NCBI GenBank assembly: GCA_951406725.2
Contig: OX597816.1
Span: forward strand, 102,238,001 to 102,302,000
Direction: 5' to 3'
Length of the DNA: 64,000 bases
Source: Octopus vulgaris
Lineage: Eukaryota
A program made the position numbers and the translations under genes. The notes under the pieces were generated by a model, which was given only the letters and a program-made list of their open reading frames with translations, made no database searches and was not told the origin of the DNA. The first letter of the stretch is position 1; each line of letters starts with the position of its first letter. Shown here one piece after another: positions 11,511 through 25,646 of this stretch.

Positions 11511-12845
11511 ACATTATATAATATATAAGACTATAATACCACACTGCATTGCATAGAATTACACAGATCTCAAAACTGCACCACACAACCATTCAATACC
11601 ACATTACACTTTGATATTCTACATTATACTAGCTAATGAAGTAGCCTCTATGTGGTCGCACTATGTATTAGAAACAGCAGCCAAATCTCTAATACTCCAT
11701 TTTACTATCTTTAAAAAAAAGTAGTTTTGGTTTGTGTAGTCTGGGTAACGTTGCCTGAATACAAAACTGGGATGGTCGTAGCCGGAATGTCTTTGATCCT
11801 AGGTTTACTTAATCAGGGATTAAACAGCAGCGGTAGCTCCACAATGTATCATACCAAACACTACCATGCAATACCTGTACATTAAATGAATGGATCTTCG
11901 TCATTTTCACGATGAGTATTAAGTTGTTCAGTCGGTCAACTGAACGTAACTGAATTAGTGTGTAAATGGTTGAATATTCCACAGACACGTATACACTTTA
12001 ATGTAATTCTCGAGCGTGACGGACTGTGGGATGGCTGGATCTTTAAATTACGAGTACAACCCCTCCATCGGGCTTCCACACAATTTCCGTCTGTTCTGTT
12101 TTACTCACGAGGTTTTGCTCAACCCAAAGCTATGATAAAGAGTTCTCCAGCCGCATGGGCCGTAGATATTTTTCTGCTGGGCCGCACAAAAAGAATAAAT
12201 CTTAAAACTGTATTTCTATTTTGACGTTCACAGTCTGTTGGGTGATTTTGCATTAAATATGCATGAATGTAAATGTATTATATAATTAAAGTATGTGTTA
12301 TACATTTTATTGTGTTTTGTTATGCACGTGATCCCCTGGTTTGTGGAAAAATTGTCTTGTGGAGCGCTGGTAAAAGACACTTAAAGTGTTACGCAGTAGG
12401 ATGGAACTCGGGATCTTGTGATTACGAAATGAATTTTCACCATTCGTTCTTATCACGCTGTACTACACTACAATTGTATTGCACAAGATTGCATGATACG
12501 TTATACTAGTTGGTTCTCAAACTGACATATCAGCCTCACAAAAAATATTTGTGAAAATGGTTTCTGGCTCTTTAATAACAGAAAGAATTTACACCCATCT
12601 TATTTTTTCTTCGTCAATATGGACACATTCAAGCGTGCGTATATGTATGTATATGATAAAAAAATCCATCGAAGAATGGAGATAACAAATTATGTTTATT
12701 GCTCAGTTTGCAATTGTTTCGTCGATTTCCATTATGACCAGCCTTGCATCATGTTATCATGTCAATAATAAATGATTTATTTTCATGCACTCTGCTTGGC
12801 GGAATCAACTCAGAAGGACGTCTCAAAACGCAATTCACTAATATG

Positions 12846-12878
<33 letters not shown>

Positions 12879-14065
12879 TAACATGGCAGTTTGTCTGTCT
12901 GCTTTTCAGTCCTGACAGCCTTTCCTTCTCTGAGAACTGCTTTATTATACCACGCAACAGAATTGTATGGTTGTCATAAATGTATAGCAAAAATTGAACT
13001 CCTGGGGAATCGAATCTACGATCAAGTTTCGAGTACCGTGTAAGAACGGTTCGCCACAATTTAACCGATGTCATATTCGAATTGAGAAAGCCACGAATGT
13101 CACATGATTTCACATCACCCTGTTATATTTCAACAGTGTATTTTCACAAAAAAAACAAAATACAAAAAGGGCTCACAACTAAAACGAGTCAACGAGCGAG
13201 ATACAGTGATCAGGGTTTCAGCAGAAGTGCGGAAACGGGGGCAAGAAAAACAAGTCTGAAAATCAGTTGGAATGATATGGTTAGAATGCTGTGATCATTT
13301 TCTCTATCTGGACTAACCTAGGGTTACATTACAACAGTAGCAATGGTCTCAGCAATAGCAAAAGAGAAACAAACAAACAAAAAACAAGTAATAACAACAG
13401 CAGCAATAATAGTTACTTTCGACCTCCCATTTCCCTGTACCGCCACCAACACTCCCTATGTTGTTTTTGTAATAAGAACAGCAACAATAACATTAATTAT
13501 TGTCCTCAAATGTCAATATGTTGGCAATGATGGAGACATTAAACAGTAAACTGTTCATCTAATTCTATGTCATCTGGTACAACAACAACAATAACAGCAG
13601 AGCCACGACGACTATAGAAGTTGCTATAACAACTGTAATTGTAATAACCGAACAATAACAACATAATCACCAACAATAATACTGTCATCATAATACCAAA
13701 ACACGCCAACTCGTCGGCACCCCATCCAACACTCTCAATCCTTCGTTAGCATTTTCTGTTACTCTACCGCCATCCACCCATCACAAACAAGACCACCATC
13801 GCCAACAACAGCAATAACAACAACACTTTCGAGCTCCCTCTTAACAACACAATTAGCAGAATCAACATAGAGACCTCTACGTAATTGATCGACCTGCTAA
13901 AACTACACTATATAGTTCTAGATTTAAAAAAAATGTGATGGTCATAGCTAGAAATTCCTTAACCATGGGTCTTCTCAGTCCAGACTAACCAATAACAACA
14001 GGACATAACAGTTCAGTTATGTCCTACATAGGCTAATAGTCATGCAAAACGATTACCCTAACCAC

Positions 14066-14350
14066 TGGAAGCGTGTGGCATAGTGGTTTGAATATTGCAC
14101 TGACGATCGTGAGATAATGGTTTCGATTCCCGGTTCGGGCGGTGAGTTATGTTCCTAATAGAATCACTTCATCTCTCGATGCGCTGCGATCACTTCGACA
14201 TCTGATGTGTGACACACCGTGCACCTGTTCAGACAACGTTAATTTGATGGCAGGAGTGAACTCATCTACAGCACAAACATTTAATCGCTGTAAACAAATA
14301 GGCACAAGAAATTGCTGAACCCTCATCTCTGTCGCCTACGACAAGACAGT
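14066..14350 (+). mobile_element. tRNA-derived SINE, degraded
   Basis: A box tggcatagtgg and B box ggtttcgattccc with tRNA-like spacing. Confidence 0.65.
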
Positions 14351-14930
14351 CTACGAATCTACGACACCCTAACCACTAATAACATCAGAACAATACACGC
14401 AACCCTCCCACCATCATTAATAGCAGTACCATCAACATCACTAACAATACCACCAATACCATCATATTGTCAACAACTACAATGCCTTAATATAACATTC
14501 ACATTGCTGCAATACAATATCCAATGCTTCAATACCGATATAGGGTCCCACGAAATCCATAGTGACATAAAACAGGACATACTGAACTATGGTAGAAATC
14601 TTATATTTAAAAACCATGTATTTAATACATTGATACCGCAAATGATACTGAAAAACTGAAAAAGTATGATAATATACATGCAAACATTATGCGTAAAATC
14701 CCAAAATGTAATAAACATATTTACGATATTTATGAATATAATACATACATAACACCCGTATCACCCGTCTCGCCAGACACATTTCATTCAACTACAGCCC
14801 AACGCATATATACTTATTGGAGAGCTTTCAACATAGAACATCTTTGTATAAAACATTACAAATAATCTGAGAGACATTTTATATCTAAATTCCCTGTTAA
14901 AACGACAAAATACCTTACATCTCAATTGAC

Positions 14931-15341
14931 TTTACTTACTTTTACTTTTACTTGTTTCAGTCATTTGACTGCGGCCATGCTGGAGCACCGCCTTTAATCG
15001 AGCAACTCGACCCCGGGACTTATTCTTTGTAAGCCCAGTCCTTATTCTATCGGTCTCTTTTTGCCGAACCGCTAAGTGACGGGGACGTAAACACACCAGC
15101 ATCGGTAATCAAGCGATGCTAGGGGGACAAACACAGACACACAAACACACACCTATATATATATATATACATATATACGACAGGCTTCTTTCAGTTTCCG
15201 TCTACCAAATCCACTCACAAGGCATTGGTCGGCCCGGGGCTATAGCAGAAGACACTTGCCCAAGATGCCACGCAGTGGGACTGAACCCGGAACCATGTGG
15301 TTGGTTAGCAAGCTACTTACCACACAGCCACTCCTGCGCCT
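14931..15341 (-). mobile_element. Family A tRNA-SINE, full length (~410 bp, internal microsatellite)
   Basis: Minus strand aggcgcaggagtggctgtgtgg (A box)...ggttcagtccc (B box), internal (TA)/(TG) tract, tail (agtaaa)n; >12 copies in window. Confidence 0.92.
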
Positions 15342-15648
15342 TTGGTCAGTTTCTTCCATTTGGTACTAGAAAAGCAATAGATACCTCAATTTAAAACCCA
15401 CAAGGTTTGACAAAGTCACAAATGTATATCTAAAACGCACTAATCTTGAAGGAATTATCAAATTCATCAGCATCTTCAATTACCCTTGCACACATTACCA
15501 AATCCCCGAACTCTGGAAGAAAAAATCATCACACAGACACCTCCATTACATATCCCTAAACTCCAGAAACTCTGACCGTCGATATCGCCAACCACACATT
15601 TCTTTTTCCAATTCTCAATATTCTGGCCACTGTACACTATCCATGCTA

Positions 15649-16939
15649 CGAGGGGCGTTCAATAAGTAATGCCCCTGACCCACTTCCCATAGCAGTAGAG
15701 CAACGAAACTTGGCACAGTTATTAGTCTTTTTCTACATTGGAACCACCCAGAGTTACGCATTTCTCCCATCGTTTGATGCGGCTCTGGAGACCGTTTTTG
15801 TAGAAGAACCCAGCTTGGTCCTCCAACTTCGACGTGACTTCAGAAATCAAGGTTGCATCACCTGGGAAACGCTTTCCTTTCAAAAACAACTTCATGATTG
15901 GGAAGAGGTGAAAATCAGAGGGTGCAAGGTCAGGAAAGTAGGGGGGATGGGGAGGAGTTCATAGCCATACGCCTGTGCTTCTGATCTGGCGACAAGCGAG
16001 TTGCGGACCGGAGCGTTGTCCTGCAGGAGGAGGATGCCTTTGCTGATCTTGCCCCGCCTCTTGATTTTGATAACTTCTCTTAATTTCCTCAAAAGTGAAG
16101 CATAATAGGCTCCTGCAATTGTGGTACCCTTTGCCAGGAAATCTGTCATCACTACTCCGTCCTGGTCCCAGAAGACTGTGAGCATGACCTTGCCAGCGGA
16201 GGGCTGCACCCTTGCCTTCTTTGGAGGGGGTGAGTCACGGTGCTTCCACTGCATTGACTGGGCTTTGGTCTCTGGATCATCGTGATGGACCCAGGTTTCA
16301 TCCTGTGTAATCAGTCTTTTGAAAAATTTTGACTCATCTTCTTGGCACATCTCCAAATTCACCCTCGAGCACTCGACGCGTTCTTGCTTCTGGAAAGGCG
16401 TGAGCAACCTGGGAATCCATCTGGCAGAAACCTTTTGCATATGCAAATGGTCATGAATGATAGTTTCCACAGACCCGGTACTAATCTTGACCTCATGGGC
16501 TATTTGGCGAATAATTATGCGTCGATCTTCGAAAATGGCAGCCTCAACTTGACGGACAGATGCCTCATCAATGGTAGAAGGGGGCGACCAGATCTGGGAG
16601 CTGTTTCCACAGAGTTCCGACCATGTTTGAATTCACGATGCCAGCGTTTTACAAGGTCATATGATGGGGCATCATCACCATAAGTTACTTTCATTTCATC
16701 AAAAGTCTCCCGTGGTGTGCGTCCTTTCAAATGCAAAAACCGGATCACTGCTCGACACTCAACAGGCTCCATTTCACACTTGACTCGGTTCAAACACCTG
16801 TAAATCAGAAACCACAATTAATTCAGGGCTGTAATTTGCCACTTACTCTATAGAGATATAAATGATTGCACATGCAAAATTTCAGCTAGATCAAACAACT
16901 GCAAGTGGGTCAGAGGCATTACTTATTGAACGTCCCTCG
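15649..16939 (-). mobile_element. Full-length mariner (DD34D) transposon, 1291 bp
   Basis: 37-bp TIRs cgaggggcgttcaataagtaatgcccctgacccactt / aagtgggtcagaggcattacttattgaacgtccctcg (2 mismatches); TA on both sides (15647-48, 16940-41). Confidence 0.95.
15722..16772 (-). pseudogene. Mariner transposase, two frameshifts
   Basis: MEPVECRAVIRFL..PRSGRP, WIPRLL, ITQDETWVH, LLQDNAP, YFPDLAPSDFHLFP spread over three frames. Confidence 0.92.
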
Positions 16940-17304
16940 TACTAACGAAGGTATAGCTCTCCATAGTCACTTGACATGTTAGAAATAGCAGCCAAATTCT
17001 TCCTAATAACACACTCTACCATCTTTGAAAAAAGCATATTTTCGATAATGTAGTTCTGTTTTCATGGCTTGAGCAAAAGATGGGATGGTCATAGCTGGAA
17101 AATATTCGATTACAGATCTGTTCAATCAGGGCTGGCCTGGAGCTCAATAACAACGAACAACAGCTATCATCTAACTCGTTAACATCACACAAAGGATCAC
17201 GGCGGTTTTCATTCTTACTAATATCGAAACCATCAAAACATTTAAGTCCATTTTCCGCCACCCACTTATAAAGCAAGCTGATAAATATCTTCAGAAATAA
17301 AAAT

Positions 17305-17552
17305 ATCAGGCTGGCGAACTGTTTTCTGAAATCGTCAAGCATATGTACCGTCGGGCGATATGCTTTCCCGCATCTCGCCTGCCGTTATGTTCTGAGTTCA
17401 AATTCCGCCGAGGTCGACTTTGTCTTTCATCCTTTCGGGGTCAATAAATTAAGTACCAGTTACGCACTGGGGTCGATATAATCGACTTAATCCGTTTGTC
17501 TGTCCTTGTTTGTCCTCTCTGTGTTTAGCCCCTTGTGGGTAGTAAAGAAATA
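17305..17552 (+). mobile_element. Family B tRNA-SINE
   Basis: ctgagttcaaattccgccgaggtcgactttgtctttcatcctttcggggtc...gccccttgtgggtagtaaagaaata. Confidence 0.85.
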
Positions 17553-18453
17553 CGTATATTAGAACATCTAAAGTGTGTAATTTTCCAAGCAATGTACTAC
17601 AAGAATCATTCCACTCACCCAAGTTTTTAAAAAAATTATGCCTATCCAACCTTCCCACATCTCCGCGAAACATGCGTACTATGTGAGGTATACTGTGAAA
17701 GTCACGTCCTCTTACGATTCTCCAGACACGTCTGCACAACTACATTAAACTCATAGGAACCTGGTTCATAATAAATAGCCTAAATCTAACTTTAACGAAG
17801 CCACTATTTCTCTTCTTAACAGCAACACTAAAGAATATTGAATACAAGTCATCATACTTAACATAACACCATCAGTTGTCTATTTGATCGTGCAGCAGCT
17901 TTGGCTCAAGTATGGACCAAGGTCGAGCATTTGGTACCTGAAACGTTACCAGGATTCATTTCGATCTACTTTCAGATCAACGCGACCGATGGAACATCTC
18001 TCCTTCCATTCTAAATAGAACTAGTGGAGGAAAAGTATGAGCGATTCTGGTCTTTGGCGAGGTCCGCCTAAGTTGTCTCTTTGGGATGGCATTCAGGTCG
18101 AGGATTATGGACATTTTCCTGTTGGCGTGGTCGTATAAAAAGGGCTATTTCATGTTGGAGGAAAACTCTACAGGAATATAAGTGTTTATAACTTGCACGC
18201 TGGGCTGCGACACCTTGTACGCACTCGTTCAGTGTTTATCCATTGCTGATTTGTGGGTTTGAGTCGAACAGCTGCTCTTACGTACAAGACGAATTTGAAA
18301 TCTCAGTTTTTGTATTTGATACTTTAATTGCTCACTAACACTATGAGCCCTTGTGGTCAATAAAAATAAATTATGATTATAACCCCTACCATACTTCATG
18401 TAACTTGTCTTTGCAATGTCCTCTTCAGCCGACAACTGGGAGCAAATAAAATA

Positions 18454-18503
<50 letters not shown>

Positions 18504-18524
18504 CACTGCTCCCCTCTCTCTCTC

Positions 18525-19682
18525 TCTGAGGGAGGCAGTGCACTGAGTGACATCGCTGTGTTACTTTGCAAGTTGTGAAATTTGTGTTTTTGTAATCACG
18601 TGTATGCTATAGTCTGCGATTTTGTCATGGAACAAAGAGCCAACGTGAAATTTTGCGTTAAACTTAGGAAGTCTGTTACAGAGACGTTGAGCATGCTCCG
18701 ACAAGCTTACAGCGACGAGGCAGTAGGTCGGACGCAATGTTTCGAGTGGCAGGGATGCTTCAAAAGCGGAAAACCATCCCTGGAAGATCTGCCACGAGCG
18801 TCACTCCCAGAAATGTGGCGAAAATTCATCAACTTGTACATGAGGATCATCGGAAGACAGTCAACGACATTGTCAATGTAGTTGGTCTGTTGTATGGGCT
18901 CATGCAAGCAATCCTAACGTTTGAAATGAACATGCGATGTGTCTCTGCCAAGTTTATTCCCCGCCTGATGACCACTGTGCGTCGAAGTCTGTAAAGATAT
19001 CCGTCAGCGTGCCATTGATGACCCATTCTTCATGACAAGGATTATCACCGGTGACGCGAGTTGGGTCTACGGCTACGACATTGAGGCGAACAGCAGTCAT
19101 CACAATAGATCAGCCCTTCATCTCCACGACCGAAGAAAGCACGACAAAGCCGCAGCTCAATCAAGAGCATGTTCATATTTTTTTTCGACATCCGCGGTAT
19201 TGTGCATCGAGAATACGGCCTCCAGGGTCAGGCCGTCAATCGAGAGTTCTACTACGACGTTTTGAAGCGTTTGAGGGAGGACATTCAGCGAAAGCAACGG
19301 GATCTGTGGAGCGCGAAGAATTGGATCCTTCACGATAACAACGCACCTTCTCACCGAGCTCTCCTCACTCGTGAGTTTCTTGCACCCGTCCTATTCGCCA
19401 GATTTAGCAAATGTGGACTTTCATCTCTTCCCCAAAGTGAAAATACAATTCAAAGGTCGCTGTTTTAATACCGTTGTCGAGATCAAGAGCGAATCGCAGA
19501 AGGTCCTCAACTCGCTTACGGAAAACGATTTCCAGGCCGGATTTCAAAAGTAGCAGGAATGCTGGGACGAGTGTATTGCTGCGCAAGGTGACTATTTCGA
19601 AGGAGACAATATTAAAACTTAGTTAAATAAGTTATTTTTTATTAAACATAACTAGACCGGGAACTTTTTGACACTACCTCTT
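18525..19682 (+). mobile_element. Second mariner family, degraded, left TIR not visible
   Basis: MEQRANVKFCVKL, AKFIPRLM, IITGDASWVYGYD, LHDNNAPSH, HPSYSPDLANVDFHLFP across frames; right end gaccgggaactttttgacactacctc. Confidence 0.88.
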
Positions 19683-19757
19683 AAGTTGTGTTAGTTTGTT
19701 GGGTGGTATTTAATAGTTTGCATTTACTATGTGACTAGTCTTAGCAGTAGTAGCAGT

Positions 19758-19790
<33 letters not shown>

Positions 19791-20289
19791 TGTAGTAGTA
19801 GTAGCAGTAGTAGTAGCTTCTTTATTGCATAGTGATTTGTATGTATGTGATATGTTGGTTGTGTTACACTTCATCTTCTCGTCAGTGAGTGAAATGATTC
19901 ATTCGTTTTCTTTTTAGAGACGCTTTTATATTAAATAGATTAATATTCTCTTTTTAGAATATCAATAAATGTCTAGCAAGCTATGGCATTTTTCTGTCTC
20001 TTGCTTGACTTTCGCCAGTGCTTACTCTATTCCATTTGTTCTCTCTTTCATTTTTTAGCAGTTTCATCACCAACCTCCATTCCCGATCTCTTCTCTATTA
20101 CAGCGAGACGTCACTACACTTTTGAGAACGCGGTGAACACTCTTACGGTTTTGGAGAAGGAGCAACATATCACGTTTAGAGAAATTCTTCAGTTGAAAAA
20201 CAAAACAAAAACAAAAACATTCTATTTTTCGTCGATGTATCGACATATTGCCCACTGGAAATTGTTGCCGACTCGATCGAGTCCGTAAT

Positions 20290-21730
20290 GTACTCTGACT
20301 TGGCAAGGACTAGGCATTACTGTTGTTGACAAGTCTTCTCAAATTTCAACATTCTTTTTCAGGATTCTTGAAGAATACAGGATGGCTTTTCTGCAAGTTC
20401 ACAATTCATGTCTCAATTCTTTATCATTCATCCCCTTAATTTGAATCTTGAGTTTAGTGCTTAAGTGTATCGGTCAGCACAAAAACAATTTTTCCACTTT
20501 TGTTCTACAAACACCTCGTCTCTCTGGCTATCTCCTCATACTTCTCAAATTCTTCGGCTTCCTTGATATCCACTCCGCAATCATGCATTCTATGATCTTA
20601 TACTGGTTGTTCCTTCTGTCTTCCACGAACATATCAATAACCTTGCTTCAATAGTATGGTCAGTGTTTATGGAAAAATATAACAAAATCCTGTAAATATC
20701 TTTCACCATCACCTCTGGCCCATGTTTATACCATATTTACGCTCTTGAAATTCACAACCATTCCATTGCACTTTTTTGCTGATATAGTCATGCCTGCGTT
20801 TGTGCTCTTTTAATTCTGGTTTACTGCACTCGGCAGATTGTTAATGCTTTCAGATATTTTTCAACACAATCTGTATTTGTTGTCTGACAGCTATATCATC
20901 TAGAGAAAAACAACTTGTTTTAAATCTCTGAGCGAGCGAAATACAGTAACAGTGCTGAATAGTAATGTTTATATGCCAACAGAATGTGGCAGTTTATAAA
21001 GGACGATGTTATTGTTGTTTTAGCCCCAGGAAAACATCTTTCCCAGCTGGCTATTGACACACAATTTGTGTTCGTATAGCATTTGCAAGGGAGGTCATCG
21101 CTCCCATCTCCAGCCTTACATGATACTCACAGACCTAGGTTTCTGAATGTTATCCGTCTCCAGTGTGAGACAAACACAAGCTAGTGACGAAAGCTCTCTC
21201 CACTTGCAAATACTATATATATTTTTTATCATCTTTCGTCTTTATTAAGTTCGTTATAATGACTTTTTTGAAGAGCTATGAATAAGGAAACAGTTTCCCT
21301 TTACAAGTTTCCGTCACTCAGCCACAACCAGTGTTCTTCCAACGTCCTCAGTTTGTTGCATGAATTGGTTATATAGTTTCTTCTCGTTCCAGCCATTTAT
21401 CTTGTCATCCTGTCATCCTACCCTTGAAATTTTTCACTATATTAATTACTTCTGTGATATTTCTAGGCGCAGATAACTGTAGTTCCTTACTGTGTACAAC
21501 ATATTTTTCCAAACCCTAACGCGCAACATTTATGGTGTCTTCTACACTTAATAAGCCCATACTTTTTTCCTTTCTAAATAAATAGATCTTGTGGGGATAA
21601 CTTTAACTGTGGTGTGTATTATTCGTTGTGAGCAGCTTCCTTGTTCTGTCTATTTCATGTAAATCTGTATTTATCCATTTTGAAAATGAAATAGAATAAT
21701 CAACACTGCCATGGCTCAAGTGTGATTGTC
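20290..21730 (-). mobile_element. Old, heavily degraded R4/Dong-type retrotransposon, interrupted by an insert at ~21005-21190
   Basis: Minus-strand fragments translate as EIDRTRKLLTTNNTHH, KEHKRRHDYISKKVQW, WYKHGPE, FSINTDHTIEAR, ILYSSRILK, colinear with the 30.2-32.4 kb protein. Confidence 0.7.
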
Positions 21731-22479
21731 TCGATACCTCCATTTAGTCTTGCACACTTCATTTAGTCTTGTACACTTTCTCATTTCCTTTTCTAATATT
21801 ATGCTATTCTTAGGTTTAGTTGATTCACGGAATCGTTGGTAGTTTGACAGAATGCCTTGCAATATTTGCCCCAACCCTTTGTTTTCTGAGTTCTAATCCA
21901 GCAGTTTTTAATGAAACTAGTTTCGTTACATTCTTCAGAAGTTGGATTTCTACAATATTTAACAGCATCCATTTGGTGTTCCAACTAAATATCTACCAAT
22001 CTGAATTGTTGCGAATCAGACACTCGGTCTATTAAGTGTGTTCCCTGTCTTACCTCTTCTGAATATTTTGGTATTTGATTCATTGTTGCTGAGGGCTGGA
22101 AATGCTGAGGAATATCTGTATGAAGAAAATATGAGAGTTAGAGAAAGAGAGTAAAAGAAAGCGAGAAAGATAGAGAAAAATAGAGAGAGGGAGGGGAGGG
22201 AAGGAAGGAAAGAGAATTAAACATCATAAATATATACGGTCATAAACGCAGACATCAAAGAATTAATGAACCACATACATCAAGGCACAGGCATTACATA
22301 CAACGACTCCATTACACCAACAGCATGTTGGTCCTGAGCCCATCGCTCTCTACGGAGGCCATCAACCATTTACCTCCGTTATTTTCCTCCACTATTCTCG
22401 ATTCTGAGCTGTCTTTTATGCTTCGCTCCTTTTGGATTCCTGCTTTTTTTTTTTTTTTAGATTTTGCGGCATCGCGTCA

Positions 22480-22760
22480 TGTCTCCGTGAGGATAGGCGT
22501 ACCTTTCCTAGGTCTTGTTAGTTTTGAATTGTCATCGAAGTTATCACTGATGCTTCTGTAATTTTTCTTTTTTCCAGGTAGGGGTGTTCGCCCTACGCAA
22601 ACCCATTTTTACCCCTGGGAAGAGATGTTCCATTTTAGTCCTGCCTGTATCCTTTGTCTTGTCCATCATGGAAGACCCTACCATGAGCATGCACTCCGCT
22701 GGTATAACTCTCAGGTTCGATGAGGCACACAAACCATCACACCATTATAAGGACTAGATC
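22480..22760 (-). mobile_element. Isolated RTE/BovB-type 5' UTR segment
   Basis: Minus strand ccttataatggtgtgatggtttgtgtgcctc..gagagttatacc..ggtagggtcttccatg resembles the conserved RTE 5' leader (from recall, unverified). Confidence 0.45.
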
Positions 22761-22984
22761 TTGTGGGGGAACAAATAGCATACAAACATAGATACAAATT
22801 CTAAAAGGAACACAAAAAAAACTTTCAACAAACTAAAAACAAAATATCTCGACAGAATTGAATATTTCAGAGGAACAACAAACAGAATTTTAAAGTATTT
22901 ACTGGATTATCGCTTGTCCTTACATAGGAATAGGGTAAGTAGTTCCTCTAACTTCCCTTCATTCATCCAATATGGTCTCACTCA

Positions 22985-23745
22985 GAATAGGCGGTGCAAA
23001 TGCACGTTGCTAGAGGTCACTTTAGAAGTAAGGCCACCTTGCTCAACGACCTCAGATCGCTAGACATACATGTGACTATCAGGGAGATCAGAATTTTCGA
23101 AGTACGAGTCTTCATGACCACATTCTCTGGTTATAAGTTGTGTACATATCCAAGTCGACTGGACTCGGAAGGCTGAAAAGTCTCAATCTCGCAAAACGTA
23201 CTATCTTCCTGCACTCAGAAAAGTCGTTGATACGGGAAGCAATCAGCAATGAAGGTCACACATTCAGATTAGTAACCGTCTACGTCTCAACAGGCATAGT
23301 GTAGCCAGAGTTCTTTAGGCGTCTCGAGTATTTCCTGGGAACGTCCTACTCTTTAGTGCTAGTGATAAATTGAAAAGTCTTCGCGGATACCTAGTGGCTC
23401 TGTGTGGAACTGGTCGATAGGAGAGGGGAATACAAAATCCTAACAAACCTCAGACTGAATTTCGCAAATGTGCTAGTGTGGACAGGGATAAACCGCATTG
23501 GGTCATACGGTTACCAACAGGGTAGTAAGTTTCAATCAAATGCCGTGAAAGGAGGCTCTCTGTGAAAGGTGGAGTAGAGGCGGAGAATGCCTACATCACC
23601 TCCATCACGACTTAGCGCCTGACCGTTGATACCTTACTCCAGTGCCTTTTGGGCCTAATTGGAGCGTCCGCTTTCCTGCTTCCCGCGGAAGAGAAACTTT
23701 CTACTGGTCAGACTGCCTATCAGACTTGGCATGTTGTGGCTGAAT
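22985..23745 (+). mobile_element. Degraded L1/Tx1-like APE endonuclease region
   Basis: Translates as ARGHFRSK..LLNDLRSLDIHV, FRLVTVYVSTG, PEFFRRLEYFLGTSYSLVLVIN; many stops. Confidence 0.55.
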
Positions 23746-23761
23746 CATCATCATCATCGTC

Positions 23762-23806
<45 letters not shown>

Positions 23807-25578
23807 GCCTTTGCACAGCTTCACAGCTTCTAACGCTGGAGATGTACTACAGTGTCAGCTGTTCACTACCAGTGAATTAAGGTAACAACTCTTATTTATC
23901 GAGCACCTTCCGGTGTATTTGAGCGGTTCCAAGCAGTGCTGTTTTCTGGGAACGTCCTACTCTTTAGTGCTAGTGATAAATTGAAAAGTCTTCGCGGATA
24001 CCTAGTGGCTCTGTGTGGAATTGCAACCCCTATTTGTTCCACGTGCTTCTCGAAATTTTTGCTCACTGTTCCCAGGGCTCTGACAATTATTGGTACTACT
24101 GTTACCTTTTTCATCGACCACAACTGCTTAACTCCCAAGCTAACCTGTCATATCTATCGACTTTCATCTCTTCCTTATCGCATACCTTGTTAGCTGGACA
24201 TGCTATATCCATGATCCAGCATTGTTTGTTTTCTTTCTCAATTAAGACTATGTCCGGCTTCCTATTCTCTATCTCATGGTTGCACTGAATCATAAAATCC
24301 CATAGGATCTTTGCATTTCTATTTTCGACGATGCCTTCAGGTTTGTGGTAGTACCAATTTTTTGCTCTGTCAAGTCCATACTTGTTGCAGAGTGTCCAAT
24401 GGACAAGCTTGGCTATATTGCCGTGGCGTCTTTTATATTCCTTCTGGGCTAGTGGCGTACATTGGCTGCTAATATGCCATACGGTTTCACCATTTTGTCC
24501 ACATGTTCTGCACTTATCACTTTCTGCTGTGTTGTCTATTCTGTATTTTATGTAGTTTGTTCTTAGTGCTTGCTCTTGGGCAGCACAGATTAGAGCCTCC
24601 GTTTCCGGTCTTAAATCACTTTTAGTTATCCACAGACATCTTTTTTCACTGTCTGTCTTATCTTCAACATCCCTTTGAAATTACCCATGCATTCTTTTCT
24701 TTACCCACCTATTTTCAGTTTCATTCGTTTTTAATTTCTTGTATAGTGCTTTATATTTGTAATCTTTCATCCTACACAAACCTGACCGTCTTACTTCTAA
24801 TAATGGCGGTTCTGTGGCATTTTTACATACCATGCTATGTTGTTTTCTTCTGCTTTAATGCTGTGTTCGCATCCAGTAAGTCATCTTCCCCCTCTTTTTC
24901 TTGGTACATACAGTCTGTCTGTGTCACTTTTTGGGTGGAGTGACCCATATCTAGTTAGCAACTTCCTTGTCTTTCTGTCTAAGCTGTTTAGTTCGTCTAC
25001 TGTCCATACCATTACTCCTGCTCCATATCTAAGGAGTGTAACCGCCTAGGCGTTGATAGCTTCGATCTTATTCTGTCCATTTAAGTACTCTACCTTAAAT
25101 TTTTCTGTCATTTCTTTCTCATGAATTTATCAATTTCCAAAATCCCAAAGTACTTATAGCCCCTCTCTTCTATCTGTTTCATAACCTCCCCCGACGGTAT
25201 CGTTTGCCCGTCCACACATTTGATTTTGCTTCTCTTCAAGACTAACACCTCACACTTTCTCTGTCCGAACTCCATTCTGATATCAGCACTGAAAGTATAC
25301 ACCGTATCAACGAGGGAACTAACTCAGGGTTCATCTTTACCATGAATTTTGAGGTCATCCATGAATAACAAATGGTTGACTTTTTGGTGGCGGCTTTTAA
25401 ATACATACCCAGCTTTTGCTTTCCTCAGAATCAGTGTTAGTGGTATCAAGCACAGAACAAAGATCAGTGGGGACAGGCAGTCCCCCTTGCAAGATGCCCC
25501 TCCTAATTTCTACTGTCATAAACTTCTTCCGTATGCTGACAGGTCCGTCCTCCAATTCGCCATACTTTTTCCATGCAA
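23807..25578 (-). mobile_element. R4/Dong-type non-LTR retrotransposon, 5'-truncated, flanked by (TTA)n
   Basis: RRGILQG, HLLFMDDLK, GYKYFGILE, CRTC..ETVWH..C, RRHG, ENRKPDIVL..WIMDIACP, QKTALLGTA; (TTA)n at 23763-23806 and 25579-25615. Confidence 0.9.

Positions 25579-25646
<68 letters not shown>

Noticed and set aside
12930-13125. Tc1-like right end (caccctgt) with a C-terminus-like peptide
   Set aside because: No matching left TIR or catalytic motif
14480-14930. Possible very old Penelope RT relic; similar hint at ~59520-59800
   Set aside because: Similarity too weak to support by eye
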